Part shown: piece after piece, positions 23,901-37,179 of the stretch
How positions within the stretch are numbered: the stretch's first letter is position 1
Layout: each line of letters starts with the position of its first letter
Translations under genes and position numbers: made by a program
Source of the DNA: Eledone cirrhosa
Taxonomy: Eukaryota
Direction: 5' to 3'
Length of the DNA stretch: 64,000 nt
Assembly (NCBI GenBank): GCA_964016885.1
Contig: OZ024743.1
Coordinates: 131,688,001 to 131,752,000, forward strand
Notes under the pieces: generated by a model
What the model saw: the letters and a program-made list of their open reading frames with translations, nothing else
What the model was told of the DNA's origin: nothing
Database searches by the model: none

Positions 23901-26900
23901 GGTGCTTGGTGTTTGGTGCTTGGTGTTCGGTGCTTGGTGCTTGGTGTTTGGTGCTTGGTGTTAGGTGATTGGTGCTTGGTGCTTGGTGTTTTATGTTTGA
24001 TCCTTGGTGCTTGGTGTTTGGTGCTTGGTGCTTGGTGTTTGGTGTTTGGTGCTTGGTGCCTGGTGCTTGTTGTATGCTGTTTGGTGCTTGGTGCTTGGTG
24101 TTTGGTGTTTGCTGCTTGTTGTCTGGTGTTTGGTGCTTGGTGTTTGGTGTTTGGTGCTTGGTGCTTGGTGCTTGGTATTTGGTGTTTGGTGCTTGGTGCT
24201 TGGTGTTTGTTGTTTGGTGCTGGGTGCTTGGAGTTTGGTTCTTGGTGCTTGGTGCTTAGTGCTTGGTGTTTGGTGTTTGGTGCTTGGTGTTGGGTGTTTG
24301 GTGTTTGATGCTTGGTGTGTGCTGCTTGGTGCTTGGTGCTTGGTGTTTTTTGTTTGGTGCTTGGTGCTTGGTGCCTGGTGCTTGGTGCTTGGTGCTTGTT
24401 GTTCGGTGCTTGGTGCTTGGTGATTAGTGTTTGGTGCTTGGTGCTTGGGGTTTGCTGTTTGGTGCTTGGTGCTTGGTGTTTGGTGTTTGGTGTTTGGTGC
24501 TTGGTGTCTGGTGTTTGGTGTTTGGTGTTTGGTGCTTGGTGCTTGGTGTTTGGGTTTTGGTGCTTGGTGCTTGGTGTTTGGTGTTTGGTGCTTGGTGTTT
24601 GGTGCTTGGTGTTTGGTGCTGAGTGCTTGGTGTTTTGTGCTTGGTGCGTGGTGCTTGGTGTTTGGTGTTTGGCGCTTGGTGCTTGGTGTTTGGTGTTTGA
24701 TGCTTGGTGTTTGATGCTTGTTGCTTGGTGCTTGGTGTTTTGTGTTTGGTGTTTCGTGCTTGGTGTATGTACTTGTTGCTTGGTTCTTGGTGTTTGGTGC
24801 TTGGTTCTTGGTGTTTGGTGCTTGGTGCCTGGTGCTTGTTGTATGCTGTTTGGTGCTTGGTGCTTGGTATTTGGTGTTTGGTGCTTGGTGCTTGGTGATT
24901 GTTGTTTGGTGCTGGGTGCTTGGAGTTTGGTGCTTGGTGCTTGGTGCTTAGTGCTTGGTGTTTGGTGTTTGGTGCTTGGTGTTGGGTGTTTGGTGTTTGA
25001 TGCTTGGTGTGTGCTGCTTGGTGCTTGGTGCTTGGTGTTTTGTGTTTGGTGCTTGGTGCTTGGTGCCTGGTGCTTGGTGCTTGGTGCTTGTTGTTTGGTG
25101 CTTGGTGCTTGGTGATTAGTATTTGGTGCTTGGTGCTTGTGGTTTGCTGTTTGGTGCTTGGTGCTTGGTGTTTGGTGCTTCGTGCTTGGTGTTTGGTGTT
25201 TGGTGCTTGGTGCTTGGTGTTTGGGTTTTGGTGCTTGGTGCTTGGTGTTTGGTGTTTGGTGCTTGGTGTTTGGTGCTTGGTGTTTGGTGCTGAGTGCTTG
25301 GTGTTTGGTGTTTGACGCTTGGTGTTTGATGCTTGTTGCTTGGTGCTTGGTGTTTTGTGTTTGGTGTTTGGTGCTTGGTGTATGTACTTGGTGCTTGGTT
25401 CTTGGTGTTTGGTGCTTGGTTCTTGGTGTTTGGTGATTGGTGCTTGGTGCTTGGTGTTTGGTGCTTGGTGCTTGGTTTTTGGTACTTGGTGCTTGGTGTT
25501 TGGTTTTTGATGCTTGGTGTTTGATGCTTGGTGCTTGGTGCTTGGTGTTAAGTGTTTGGGGCTTGGTGCTTGGTGCATGGTGCTTGGTGTTTGGTGCTTG
25601 GTGCCTGGTGCTTGGTGTTTGGTGCTTGGTGCTTGGTGCTTGGTGTTTGGTGCTTGGTATTTGGTGCTTGGTGCTTGGTGTTTGGTGCTTGGTGTTTGGT
25701 GCTTGGTGTTCGGTGCTTGGTGCTTGGTGTTTGGTGCTTGGTGTTAGGTGATTGGTGCTTGGTGCTTGGTGTTTGATGTTTGATCCTTGGTGCTTGGTGT
25801 TTGGTGCTTGGTGCTTGGTGTTTGGTGTTTGGTGCTTGCTGCTTGCTGCTTGGTGTTTGGTGCTTGGTGATTGGTGCTTGGTGTTGGGTACTTGGTGTTT
25901 GTTGTTTGGTGTTTGGTGCTAGGTGCTTGGTGCTTGGTGCTTGGGGTTTGGTGCTTGGTGCTTGGTGTTTGGTGTTTGGTGCTTGGTGCTTGGGGCTTGG
26001 TGTTTGGTGCTTTGTGCTTGGTGCTTGTTGTTTGTTGCTTGGTGCTTGGTGCTTCGTGTTTGGTGTTTGGTGTTTGGTGCTTGGTGTTTGGTGCTTGGTG
26101 GTTGGTGCTGGGTGGTTGGTGTTTGGTGCTTGGTGCTTGGTGTTTGGTGCTTGGTGCTTGGTGCTTGTTGTTTGGTGCTTGGTGCTTGGTGCTTGGTCTT
26201 TGGTGCTTGGAGTTTGGTGGTTGGTGCTTGGTGCTTGGTGTTTGGTGTTTGGTGTTTGCTGTTTGGTGTTTGCTGTTTGGTGTCTGCTTTTTGGTGTTTG
26301 GTGTTTGCTGTATGGTGTTTGCTGTTTCGTATTTGGTTTTTGCTGTTTGGTGTTTGGTGTTTGCTGTTTGGTGTTTGGTGTTTGGTGTTTGGTGCTTTGT
26401 GCTTGGTGCTTGGTGTTTGGTGTTTGGTGCTTGGTGCTTGGTGTTTGGTGCTTGGTGCTTGGTGTTTGGTGTTTGGTGCTTGGTGCCTGGTGCTTGTTGT
26501 ATGCTGTTTGGTGCCTGGTGCTTGGTGTTTGGTGTTTGGTGTTTGGTGCTTGGTGTCTGGTGTTTGGTGTTTGGTGTTTGGTGCTTGGTGCTTGGTGTTT
26601 GGGTTTTGGTGCTTTGTGCTTGGTGTTTGGTGTTTGGTGCTTGGTGTTTGGTGCTTGGTGTTTGGTGCTGAGTGCTTGGTGTTTTGTGCTTGGTGCGTGG
26701 TGCTTGGTGTTTGGTGTTTGGTGCTTGGTGCTTGGTGTTTGGTGTTTGATGCTTGGTGTTTGATGCTTGTTGCTTGGTGCTTGGTGTTTTGTGTTTGGTG
26801 TTTGGTGCTTGGTGTATGTACTTGGTGCTTGGTTCTTGGTGTTTGGTGCTTGGTTCTTGGTGTTTGGTGATTGGTGCTTGGGGCTTGGTGTTTGGTGCTT

Positions 26901-29900
26901 GGTGCTTGGTGTTTGGTACTTGGTGCTTGGTGTTTGGTTTTTGATGCTTGGTGTTTGATGCTTGGTGCTTGGTGCTTGGTGTTAAGTGTTTGGGGCTTGG
27001 TGCTTGTTGCATGGTGCTTGGTGTTTGGTGCTTGGTGCCTGGTGCTTGGTGTTTGGTGCTTGGTGCTTGGTGCTTGGTGTTTGGTGCTTGGTATTTGGTG
27101 CTTGGTGCTTGGTGTTTGGTGCTTGGTGTTTGGTGCTTGGTGTTCGGTGCTTGGTGCTTGGTGTTTGGTGCTTGGTGTTAGGTGATTGGTGCTTGGTGCT
27201 TGGTGTTTGGTGTTTGGTGCTTGGTGCCTGGTGCTTGTTGTATGCTGTTTGGTGCTTGGTGCTTGGTGTTTGGTGTTTGCTGCTTGTTGTCTGGTGTTTG
27301 GTGCTTGGTGTTTGGTGTTTGGTGCTTGGTGCTTGGTGCTTGGTATTTGGTGTTTGGTGCTTGGTGCTTGGTGTTTGTTGTTTGGTGCTGGGTGCTTGGA
27401 GTTTGGTTCTTGGTGCTTGGTGCTTAGTGCTTGGTGTTTGGTGTTTGGTGCTTGGTGTTGGGTGTTTGGTGTTTGATGCTTGGTGTGTGCTGCTTGGTGC
27501 TTGGTGCTTGGTGTTTTTTGTTTGGTGCTTGGTGCTTGGTGCCTGGTGCTTGGTGCTGGGTGCTTGTTGTTTGGTGCTTGGTGCTTGGTGATTAGTGTTT
27601 GGTGCTTGGTGCTTGTGGTTTGCTGTTTGGTGCTTGGTGCTTGGTGTTTGGTGTTTGGTGTTTGGTGCTTGGTGTCTGGTGTTTGGTGTTTGGTGTTTGG
27701 TGCTTGGTGCTTGGTGTTTGGGTTTTGGTGCTTGGTGCTTGGTGTTTGGTGTTTCGTGCTTGGTGTTTGGTGCTTGGTGTTTGGTGCTGAGTGCTTGGTG
27801 TTTTGTGCTTGGTGCGTGGTGCTTGGTGTTTGGTGTTTGGCGCTTGGTGCTTGGTGTTTGGTGTTTGATGCTTGGTGTTTGATGCTTGTTGCTTGGTGCT
27901 TGGTGTTTTGTGTTTGGTGTTTCGTGCTTGGTGTATGTACTTGTTGCTTGGTTCTTGGTGTTTGGTGCTTGGTTCTTGGTGTTTGGTGATTGGTGCTTGG
28001 TGCTTGGTGTTTGGTGCTTGGTGCTTGGTGTTTGGTACTTGGTGCTTGGTGTTTGGTTTTTGATGCTTGGTGTTTGATGCTTGGTGCTTGGTGCTTGGTG
28101 TTTAAGTGTTTGGGGCTTGGTGCTTGGTGCATGGTGCTTGGTGTTTGGTGCTTGGTGCCTGGTGCTTGGTGTTTGGTGCTTGGTGCTTGGTGCTTGGTGC
28201 TTGGTGCTTGGTATTTGGTGCTTGGTGCTTGGTGTTTGGTGCTTGGTGTTTGGTGCTTGGTGTTCGGTGCTTGGTGCTTGGTGTTTGGTGCTTGGTGTTA
28301 GGTGATTGGTGCTTGGTGCTTGGTGTTTGATGTTTGATCCTTGGTGCTTGGTGTTTGGTGCTTGGTGTTTGGTGTTTGGTGTTTGGTGCTTGTTGCTTGC
28401 TGCTTGGTGTTTGGTGCTTGGTGATTGGTGCTTGGTGTTGGGTACTTGGTGCTTGTTGTTTGGTGTTTGGTGCTAGGTGCTTGATGCTTGGTGCTTGGGG
28501 TTTGGTGCTTGGTGCTTGGTGTTTGGTGTTTGGTGCTTGGTGCTTGGGGCTTGGTGTTTGGTGCTTTGTGCTTGGTGCTTGGTGTTTGGTGCTTGGTGCT
28601 TGGTGCTTCGTGCTTGGTGCTTGGTGTTTGGTGCTTGGTGGTTGGTGCTTGGGGTTTGGTGCTTGGTGCTTGGTGCTTGGTGCTTGGTCTTTGGTGCTTG
28701 GTGTTTGGTGTTTGGTGCTTGGTGCTTGGTGTTTGATGCTTGGTGCTTGGTGATTGGTGTTTGGTGCTTGGTGCTTGGTGCTTGGTGATTAGTGTTTGGT
28801 GCTTGGTGCTTGGTGCCTGGTGCTTGGTGCTTGGTGCTTGTTGTTTGATGCTTGGTGCTTGGTGATTAGTGTTTGGTGCTTGGTGCTTGGGGTTTGGTGT
28901 TTGGTGCTTGGGGTTTGGTGTTTGGTGCTTGGTGCTTGGTGTTTGGTGCTTGGTGCTTGGTGTTTGGTTCTTGGTGCTTTGTGTTTGATGCTTGGTGTTT
29001 GGTGCTTGGTGCTTGATGCTTGGTGCTTGGTGTTAGGTGTTTGGTGCTTGGTGCTTGGTGTTTGATGTTTGGTCCTTGGTGCTTGGTGTTTGGTGTTTGG
29101 TGCTTGGTGCTAGGTGTTTTGTGTGTGGTGCTTGCTGCTTGGTGCTTGGTGTTTTGTGTTAGGAGTTTGGTGCTTGATGTTTGGTGCTTCGGTCTTGGTG
29201 CTTGGTGTTTGGTGTTTGGTGTTTAGTGTATGGTGCTTGGTGCTTGGTGTTTGGTGCTTCGTGCTTGGTGCTTGGTGTTTGGTGCATGGTGCTTGGTGTT
29301 TGGGGCTTGGTGCCTGGTGCTTTGTGTTTGCTGCTAGGTGCTTGGTGCTTGGTGTTAGGCGTTTGGTGCTTGGTGCTTGGTGTTTGATGTTTGGTCCTTG
29401 GTGCTTGGTGTTTGGTATTTGGTGCTTGGTGCTTGGTGTTTGGTGTTTGGTGCTTGCTGCTTGCTGCTTGGTGTTTGGTGCTTGGTGATTGGTGCTTGGT
29501 GTTTTGTGCTTGGTGCTTGGTGTTTGGTGTTTGGTGCTAGGGGCTTGGTGCTTGGTGCTTGGTGTTTGGTGCTTGGTGCTTGGTGTTTGGTGTTTGGTGC
29601 TTGGTGCGTGGGACTTGGTGTTTGGTGCTTGGTGTTTGGTGCTTGGTGCTTGGTGCTTGGTGTTTGATGTTTGATCCTTGGTGCTTGGTGTTTGGTGCTT
29701 GGTGCTTGGTGTTTGGTGTTTGGTGCTTGCTGCTTGCTGCTTGGTGTTTGGTGCTTGGTGATTGGTGCTTGGTGTTGGGTACTTGGTGCTTGTTGTTTGG
29801 TGTTTGGTGCTAGGTGCTTGGTGCTTGGTGCTTGGGGTTTGGTGCTTGGTGCTTGGTGTTTGGTGTTTGGTGCTTGGTGCTTGGGGCTTGGTGTTTGGTG

Positions 29901-30790
29901 CTTTGTGCTTGGTGCTTGTTGTTTGGTGCTTGGTGCTTGGTGCTTCGTGTTTGGTGTTTGGTGTTTGGTGCTTGGTGTTTGGTGCTTGGTGGTTGGTGCT
30001 GGGTGGTTGGTGTTTGGTGCTTGGTGCTTGGTGTTTGGTGCTTGGTGCTTGGTGCTTGTTGTTTGGTGCTTGGTGCTTGGTGCTTGGTCTTTGGTGCTTG
30101 GAGTTTGGTGGTTGGTGCTTGGTGCTTGGTGTTTGGTGTTTGGTGTTTGCTGTATGGTGTTTGCTGTTTCGTATTTGGTTTTTGCTGTTTGGTGTTTGGT
30201 GTTTGCTGTTTGGTGTTTGGTGTTTGGTGTTTGGTGCTTTGTGCTTGGTGCTTGGTGTTTGGTGTTTGGTGCTTGGTGCTTGGTGTTTGGTGCTTGGTGC
30301 TTGGTGTTTGGTGTTCGGTGCTTGGTGCCTGGTGCTTGTTGTATGCTGTTTGGTGCCTGGTGCTTGGTGTTTGGTGTTTGGTGTTTGGTGCTTGGTGTCT
30401 GGTGTTTGGTGTTTGGTGTTTGGTGCTTGGTGCTTGGTGTTTGGGTTTTGCTGCTTGGTGCTTGGTGTTTGGTGTTTGGTGCTTGGTGTTTGGTGCTTGG
30501 TGTTTGGTGCTGAGTGCTTGGTGTTTTGTGCTTGGTGCGTGGTGCTTGGTGTTTGGTGTTTGGTGCTTGGTGCTTGGTGTTTGGTGTTTGATGCTTGGTG
30601 TTTGATGCTTGTTGCTTGGTGCTTGGTGTTTTGTGTTTGGTGTTTGGTGCTTGGTGTATGTACTTGGTGCTTGGTTCTTGGTGTTTGGTGCTTGGTTCTT
30701 GGTGTTTGGTGATTGGTGCTTGGGGCTTGGTGTTTGGTGCTTGGTGCTTGGTGTTTGGTACTTAGTGCTTGGTGTTTGGTTTTTGATGCT

Positions 30791-33700
30791 TGGTGTTTGA
30801 TGCTTGGTGCTTGGTGCTTGGTGTTAAGTGTTTGGGGCTTGGTGCTTGTTGCATGGTGCTTGGTGTTTGGTGCTTGGTGCCTGGTGCTTGGTGTTTGGTG
30901 CTTGGTGCTTGGTGCTTGGTGTTTGGTGCTTGGTATTTGGTGCTTGGTGCTTGGTGTTTGGTGCTTGGTGTTTGGTGCTTGGTGTTCGGTGCTTGGTGCT
31001 TGGTGATTGGTGCTTGGTGTTAGGTGATTGGTGCTTGGTGCTTGGTGTTTTATGTTTGATCCTTGGTGCTTGGTGTTTGGTGCTTGGTGCTTGGTGTTTG
31101 GTGTTTGGTGCTTGGTGCCTGGTGCTTGTTGTATGCTGTTTGGTGCTTGGTGCTTGGTGTTTGGTGTTTGCTGCTTGTTGTCTGGTGTTTGGTGCTTGGT
31201 GTTTGGTGTTTGGTGCTTGGTGCTTGGTGCTTGGTATTTGGTGTTTGGTGCTTGGTGCTTGGTGTTTGTTGTTTGGTGCTGGGTGCTTGGAGTTTGGTTC
31301 TTGGTGCTTGGTGCTTAGTGCTTGGTGTTTGGTGTTTGGTGCTTGGTGTTGGGTGTTTGGTGTTTGATGCTTGGTGTGTGCTGCTTGGTGCTTGGTGCTT
31401 GGTGTTTTTTGTTTGGTGCTTGGTGCTTGGTGCCTGGTGCTTGGTGCTTGGTGCTTGTTGTTTGGTGCTTGGTGCTTGGTGATTAGTGTTTGGTGCTTGG
31501 TGCTTGGGGTTTGCTGTTTGGTGCTTGGTGCTTGGTGTTTGGTGTTTGGTGTTTGGTGCTTGGTGTCTGGTGTTTGGTGTTTGGTGTTTGGTGCTTGGTG
31601 CTTGGTGTTTGGGTTTTGGTGCTTGGTGCTTGGTGTTTGGTGTTTGGTGCTTGGTGTTTGGTGCTTGGTGTTTGGTGCTGAGTGCTTGGTGTTTTGTGCT
31701 TGGCGCGTGGTGCTTGGTGTTTGGTGTTTGGCGCTTGGTGCTTGGTGTTTGGTGTTTGATGCTTGGTGTTTGATGCTTGTTGCTTGGTGCTTGGTGTTTT
31801 GTGTTTGGTGTTTCGTGCTTGATGTATGTACTTGTTGCTTGGTTCTTGGTGTTTGGTGCTTGGTTCTTGGTGTTTGGTGCTTGGTGCCTGGTGCTTGTTG
31901 TATGCTGTTTGGTGCTTGGTGCTTGGTGTTTGGTGTTTGCTGCTTGGTGTCTGGTGTTTGGTGCTTGGTGTTTGGTGTTTGGTGCTTGGTGCTTGGTGCT
32001 TGGTATTTGGTGTTTGGTGCTTGGTGCTTGGTGATTGTTGTTTGGTGCTGGGTGCTTGGAGTTTGGTGCTTGGTGCTTGGTGCTTAGTGCTTGGTGTTTG
32101 GTGTTTGGTGCTTGGTGTTGGGTGTTTGGTGTTTGATGCTTGGTGTGTGCTGCTTGGTGCTTGGTGCTTGGTGTTTTGTGTTTGGTGCTTGGTGCTTGGT
32201 GCCTGGTGCTTGGTGCTTGGTGCTTGTTGTTTGGTGCTTGGTGCTTGGTGATTAGTTTTTGGTGCTTGGTGCTTGGGGTTTGCTGTTTGGTGCTTGGTGC
32301 TTGGTGTTTGGTGCTTGGTGCTTGGTGTTTGGTGTTTGGTGCTTGGTGCTTGGTGTTTGGGTTTTGGTGCTTGGTGCTTGGTGTTTGGTGTTTGGTGCTT
32401 GGTGTTTGGTGCTTGGTGTTTGGTGTTTGATGCTTGGTGCTTGGTGCTTGGTGTTAAGTGTTTGGGGCTTGGTGCTTGTTGCATGGTGCTTGGTGTTTGG
32501 TGCTTGGTGCCTGGTGCTTGGTGTTTGGTGCTTGGTGCTTGGTGCTTGGTGTTTGGTGCTTGGTATTTGGTGCTTGGTGCTTGGTGTTTGGTGCTTGGTG
32601 TTTGGTGCTTGGTGTTCGGTGCTTGGTGCTTGGTGATTGGTGCTTGGTGTTAGGTGATTGGTGCTTGGTGCTTGGTGTTTTATGTTTGATCCTTGGTGCT
32701 TGGTGTTTGGTGCTTGGTGCTTGGTGTTTGGTGTTTGGTGCTTGGTGCCTGGTGCTTGTTGTATGCTGTTTGGTGCTTGGTGCTTGGTGTTTGGTGTTTG
32801 CTGCTTGTTGTCTGGTGTTTGGTGCTTGGTGTTTGGTGTTTGGTGCTTGGTGCTTGGTGCTTGGTATTTGGTGTTTGGTTCTTGGTGCTTGGTGTTTGTT
32901 GTTTGGTGCTGGGTGCTTGGAGTTTGGTTCTTGGTGCTTGGTGCTTAGTGCTTGGTGTTTGGTGTTTGGTGCTTGGTGTTGGGTGTTTGGTGTTTGATGC
33001 TTGGTGTGTGCTGCTTGGTGCTTGGTGCTTGGTGTTTTTTGTTTGGTGCTTGGTGCTTGGTGCCTGGTGCTTGGTGCTTGGTGCTTGTTGTTTGGTGCTT
33101 GGTGCTTGGTGATTAGTGTTTGGTGCTTGGTGCTTGGGGTTTGCTGTTTGGTGCTTGGTGCTTGGTGTTTGGTGTTTGGTGTTTGGTGCTTGGTGTCTGG
33201 TGTTTGGTGTTTGGTGTTTGGTGCTTGGTGCTTGGTGTTTGGGTTTTGGTGCTTGGTGCTTGGTGTTTGGTGTTTGGTGCTTGGTGTTTGGTGCTTGGTG
33301 TTTGGTGCTGAGTGCTTGGTGTTTTGTGCTTGGCGCGTGGTGCTTGGTGTTTGGTGTTTGGCGCTTGGTGCTTGGTGTTTGGTGTTTGATGCTTGGTGTT
33401 TGATGCTTGTTGCTTGGTGCTTGGTGTTTTGTGTTTGGTGTTTCGTGCTTGATGTATGTACTTGTTGCTTGGTTCTTGGTGTTTGGTGCTTGGTTCTTGG
33501 TGTTTGGTGCTTGGTGCCTGGTGCTTGTTGTATGCTGTTTGGTGCTTGGTGCTTGGTGTTTGGTGTTTGCTGCTTGGTGTCTGGTGTTTGGTGCTTGGTG
33601 TTTGGTGTTTGGTGCTTGGTGCTTGGTGCTTGGTATTTGGTGTTTGGTGCTTGGTGCTTGGTGATTGTTGTTTGGTGCTGGGTGCTTGGAGTTTGGTGCT

Positions 33701-34055
33701 TGGTGCTTGGTGCTTAGTGCTTGGTGTTTGGTGTTTGGTGCTTGGTGTTGGGTGTTTGGTGTTTGATGCTTGGTGTGTGCTGCTTGGTGCTTGGTGCTTG
33801 GTGTTTTGTGTTTGGTGCTTGGTGCTTGGTGCCTGGTGCTTGGTGCTTGGTGCTTGTTGTTTGGTGCTTGGTGCTTGGTGATTAGTGTTTGGTGCTTGGT
33901 GCTTGGGGTTTGCTGTTTGGTGCTTGGTGCTTGGTGTTTGGTGCTTGGTGCTTGGTGTTTGGTGTTTGGTGCTTGGTGCTTGGTGTTTGGGTTTTGGTGC
34001 TTGGTGCTTGGTGTTTGGTGTTTGGTGCTTGGTGTTTGGTGCTTGGTGTTTGGTG
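30791..34055 (+). repeat. Near-identical tandem duplication, period 1630 bp
   Basis: ORF pairs 31028/32658, 31371/33001 and 31777/33407; private variants ggcgcgtgg (about 31702/33332) and gatgtatgtac (31821/33451). Only two differences were noticed (about 31250 vs 32880; about 32257 vs 33887). Confidence 0.95.
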
Positions 34056-37000
34056 CTGAGTGCTTGGTGTTTGGTGTTTGACGCTTGGTGTTTGATGCTT
34101 GTTGCTTGGTGCTTGGTGTTTTGTGTTTGGTGTTTGGTGCTTGGTGTATGTACTTGGTGCTTGGTTCTTGGTGTTTGGTGCTTGGTTCTTGGTGTTTGGT
34201 GATTGGTGCTTGGTGCTTGGTGTTTGGTGCTTGGTGCTTGGTGTTTGGTACTTGGTGCTTGGTGTTTGGTTTTTGATGCTTGGTGTTTGATGTTTGGTGC
34301 TTGGTGCTTGGTGTTAAGTGTTTGGGGCTTGGTGCTTGGTGCATGGTGCTTGGTCTTTGGTGCTTGGTGCCTGGTGCTTGGTGTTTGGTGCTTGGTGCTT
34401 GGTGCTTGGTGTTTGGTGCTTGGTATTTGGTGCTTGGTGCTTGGTGTTTGGTGCTTGGTGTTTGGTGCTTGGTGTTCGGTGCTTGGTGCTTGGTGTTTGG
34501 TGCTTGGTGTTAGGTGATTGGTGCTTGGTGCTTGGTGTTTGATGTTTGATCCTTGGTGCTTGGTGTTTGGTGCTTGGTGCTTGGTGTTTGGTGTTTGGTG
34601 CTTGCTGCTTGCTGCTTGGTGTTTGGTGCTTGGTGATTGGTGCTTGGTGTTGGGTACTTGGTGCTTGTTGTTTGGTGTTTGGTGCTAGGTGCTTGGTGCT
34701 TGGTGCTTGGGGTTTGGTGCTTGGTGCTTGGTGTTTGGTGTTTGGTGCTTGGTGCTTGGGGCTTGGTGTTTGGTGCTTTGTGCTTGGTGCTTGTTGTTTG
34801 TTGCTTGGTGCTTGGTGCTTCGTGTTTGGTGTTTGGTGTTTGGTGCTTGGTGTTTGGTGCTTGGTGGTTGGTGCTGGGTGGTTGGTGTTTGGTGCTTGGT
34901 GCTTGGTGTTTGGTGCTTGGTGCTTGGTGCTTGTTGTTTGGTGCTTGGTGCTTGGTGCTTGGTCTTTGGTGCTTGGAGTTTGGTGGTTGGTGCTTGGTGC
35001 TTGGTGTTTGGTGTTTGGTGTTTGCTGTTTGGTGTTTGCTGTTTGGTTTTTGCTGTTTGGTGTTTGGTGTTTGCTGTTTGGTGTTTGGTGTTTGGTGTTT
35101 GGTGCTTTGTGCTTGGTGCTTGGTGTTTGGTGTTTGGTGCTTGGTGCTTGGTGTTTGGTGCTTGGTGCTTGGTGTTTGGTGTTTGGTGCTTAGTGCCTGG
35201 TGCTTGTTGTATGCTGTTTGCTGCCTGGTGCTTGGTGTTTGGTGTTTGGTGTTTGGTGCTTGGTGTCTGGTGTTTGGTGTTTGGTGTTTGGTGCTTGGTG
35301 CTTGGTGTTTGGGTTTTGGTGCTTGGTGCTTGGTGTTTGGTGTTTGGTGCTTGGTGTTTGGTGCTTGGTGTTTGGTGCTGAGTGCTTGGTGTTTTGTGCT
35401 TGGTGCGTGGTGCTTGGTGTTTGGTGTTTGGTGCTTGGTGCTTGGTGTTTGGTGTTTGATGCTTGGTGTTTGATGCTTGTTGCTTGGTGCTTGGTGTTTT
35501 GTGTTTGGTGTTTGGTGCTTGGTGTATGTACTTGGTGCTTGGTTCTTGGTGTTTGGTGCTTGGTTCTTGGTGTTTGGTGATTGGTGCTTGGGGCTTGGTG
35601 TTTGGTGCTTGGTGCTTGGTGTTTGGTACTTGGTGCTTGGTGTTTGGTTTTTGATGCTTGGTGTTTGATGCTTGGTGCTTGGTGCTTGGTGTTAAGTGTT
35701 TGGGGCTTGGTGCTTGTTGCATGGTGCTTGGTGTTTGGTGCTTGGTGCCTGGTGCTTGGTGTTTGGTGCTTGGTGCTTGGTGCTTGGTGTTTGGTGCTTG
35801 GTATTTGGTGCTTGGTGCTTGGTGTTTGGTGCTTGGTGTTTGGTGCTTGGTGTTCGGTGCTTGGTGCTTGGTGTTTGGTGCTTGGTGTTAGGTGATTGGT
35901 GCTTGGTGCTTGGTGTTTTATGTTTGATCCTTGGTGCTTGGTGTTTGGTGCTTGGTGCTTGGTGTTTGGTGTTTGGTGCTTGGTGCCTGGTGCTTGTTGT
36001 ATGCTGTTTGGTGCTTGGTGCTTGGTGTTTGGTGTTTGCTGCTTGTTGTCTGGTGTTTGGTGCTTGGTGTTTGGTGTTTGGTGCTTGGTGCTTGGTGCTT
36101 GGTATTTGGTGTTTGGTGCTTGGTGCTTGGTGTTTGTTGTTTGGTGCTGGGTGCTTGGAGTTTGGTTCTTGGTGCTTGGTGCTTAGTGCTTGGTGTTTGG
36201 TGTTTGGTGCTTGGTGTTGGGTGTTTGGTGTTTGATGCTTGGTGTGTGCTGCTTGGTGCTTGGTGCTTGGTGTTTTTTGTTTGGTGCTTGGTGCTTGGTG
36301 CCTGGTGCTTGGTGCTTGGTGCTTGTTGTTCGGTGCTTGGTGCTTGGTGATTAGTGTTTGGTGCTTGGTGCTTGGGGTTTGCTGTTTGGTGCTTGGTGCT
36401 TGGTGTTTGGTGTTTGGTGTTTGGTGCTTGGTGTCTGGTGTTTGGTGTTTGGTGTTTGGTGCTTGGTGCTTGGTGTTTGGGTTTTGGTGCTTGGTGCTTG
36501 GTGTTTGGTGTTTGGTGCTTGGTGTTTGGTGCTTGGTGTTTGGTGCGGAGTGCTTGGTGTTTTGTGCTTGGTGCGTGGTGCTTGGTGTTTGGTGTTTGGC
36601 GCTTGGTGCTTGGTGTTTGGTGTTTGATGCTTGGTGTTTGATGCTTGTTGCTTGGTGCTTGGTGTTTGGTGTTTGGTGCTTGGTGTTGGGTGTTTGGTGT
36701 TTGATGCTTGGTGTGTGCTGCTTGGTGCTTGGTGTTTGGTGTTTTTTGTTTGGTGCTTGGTGCTTGGTGCCTGGTGCTTGGTGCTTGGTGCTTGTTGTTT
36801 GGTGCTTGGTGCTTGGTGATTAGTGTTTGGTGCTTGGTGCTTGGGGTTTGCTGTTTGGTGCTTGGTGCTTGGTGTTTGGTGTTTGGTGTTTGGTGCTTGG
36901 TGTCTGGTGTTTGGTGTTTGGTGTTTGGTGCTTGGTGCTTGGTGTTTGGGTTTTGGTGCTTGGTGCTTGGTGTTTGGTGTTTGGTGCTTGGTGCTTGGTG

Positions 37001-37179
37001 CTTGGTATTTGGTGTTTGGTGCTTGGTGCTTGGTGATTGTTGTTTGGTGCTGGGTGCTTGGAGTTTGGTGCTTGGTGCTTGGTGCTTAGTGCTTGGTGTT
37101 TGGTGTTTGGTGCTTGGTGTTGGGTGTTTGGTGTTTGATGCTTGGTGTGTGCTGCTTGGTGCTTGGTGCTTGGTGTTTT

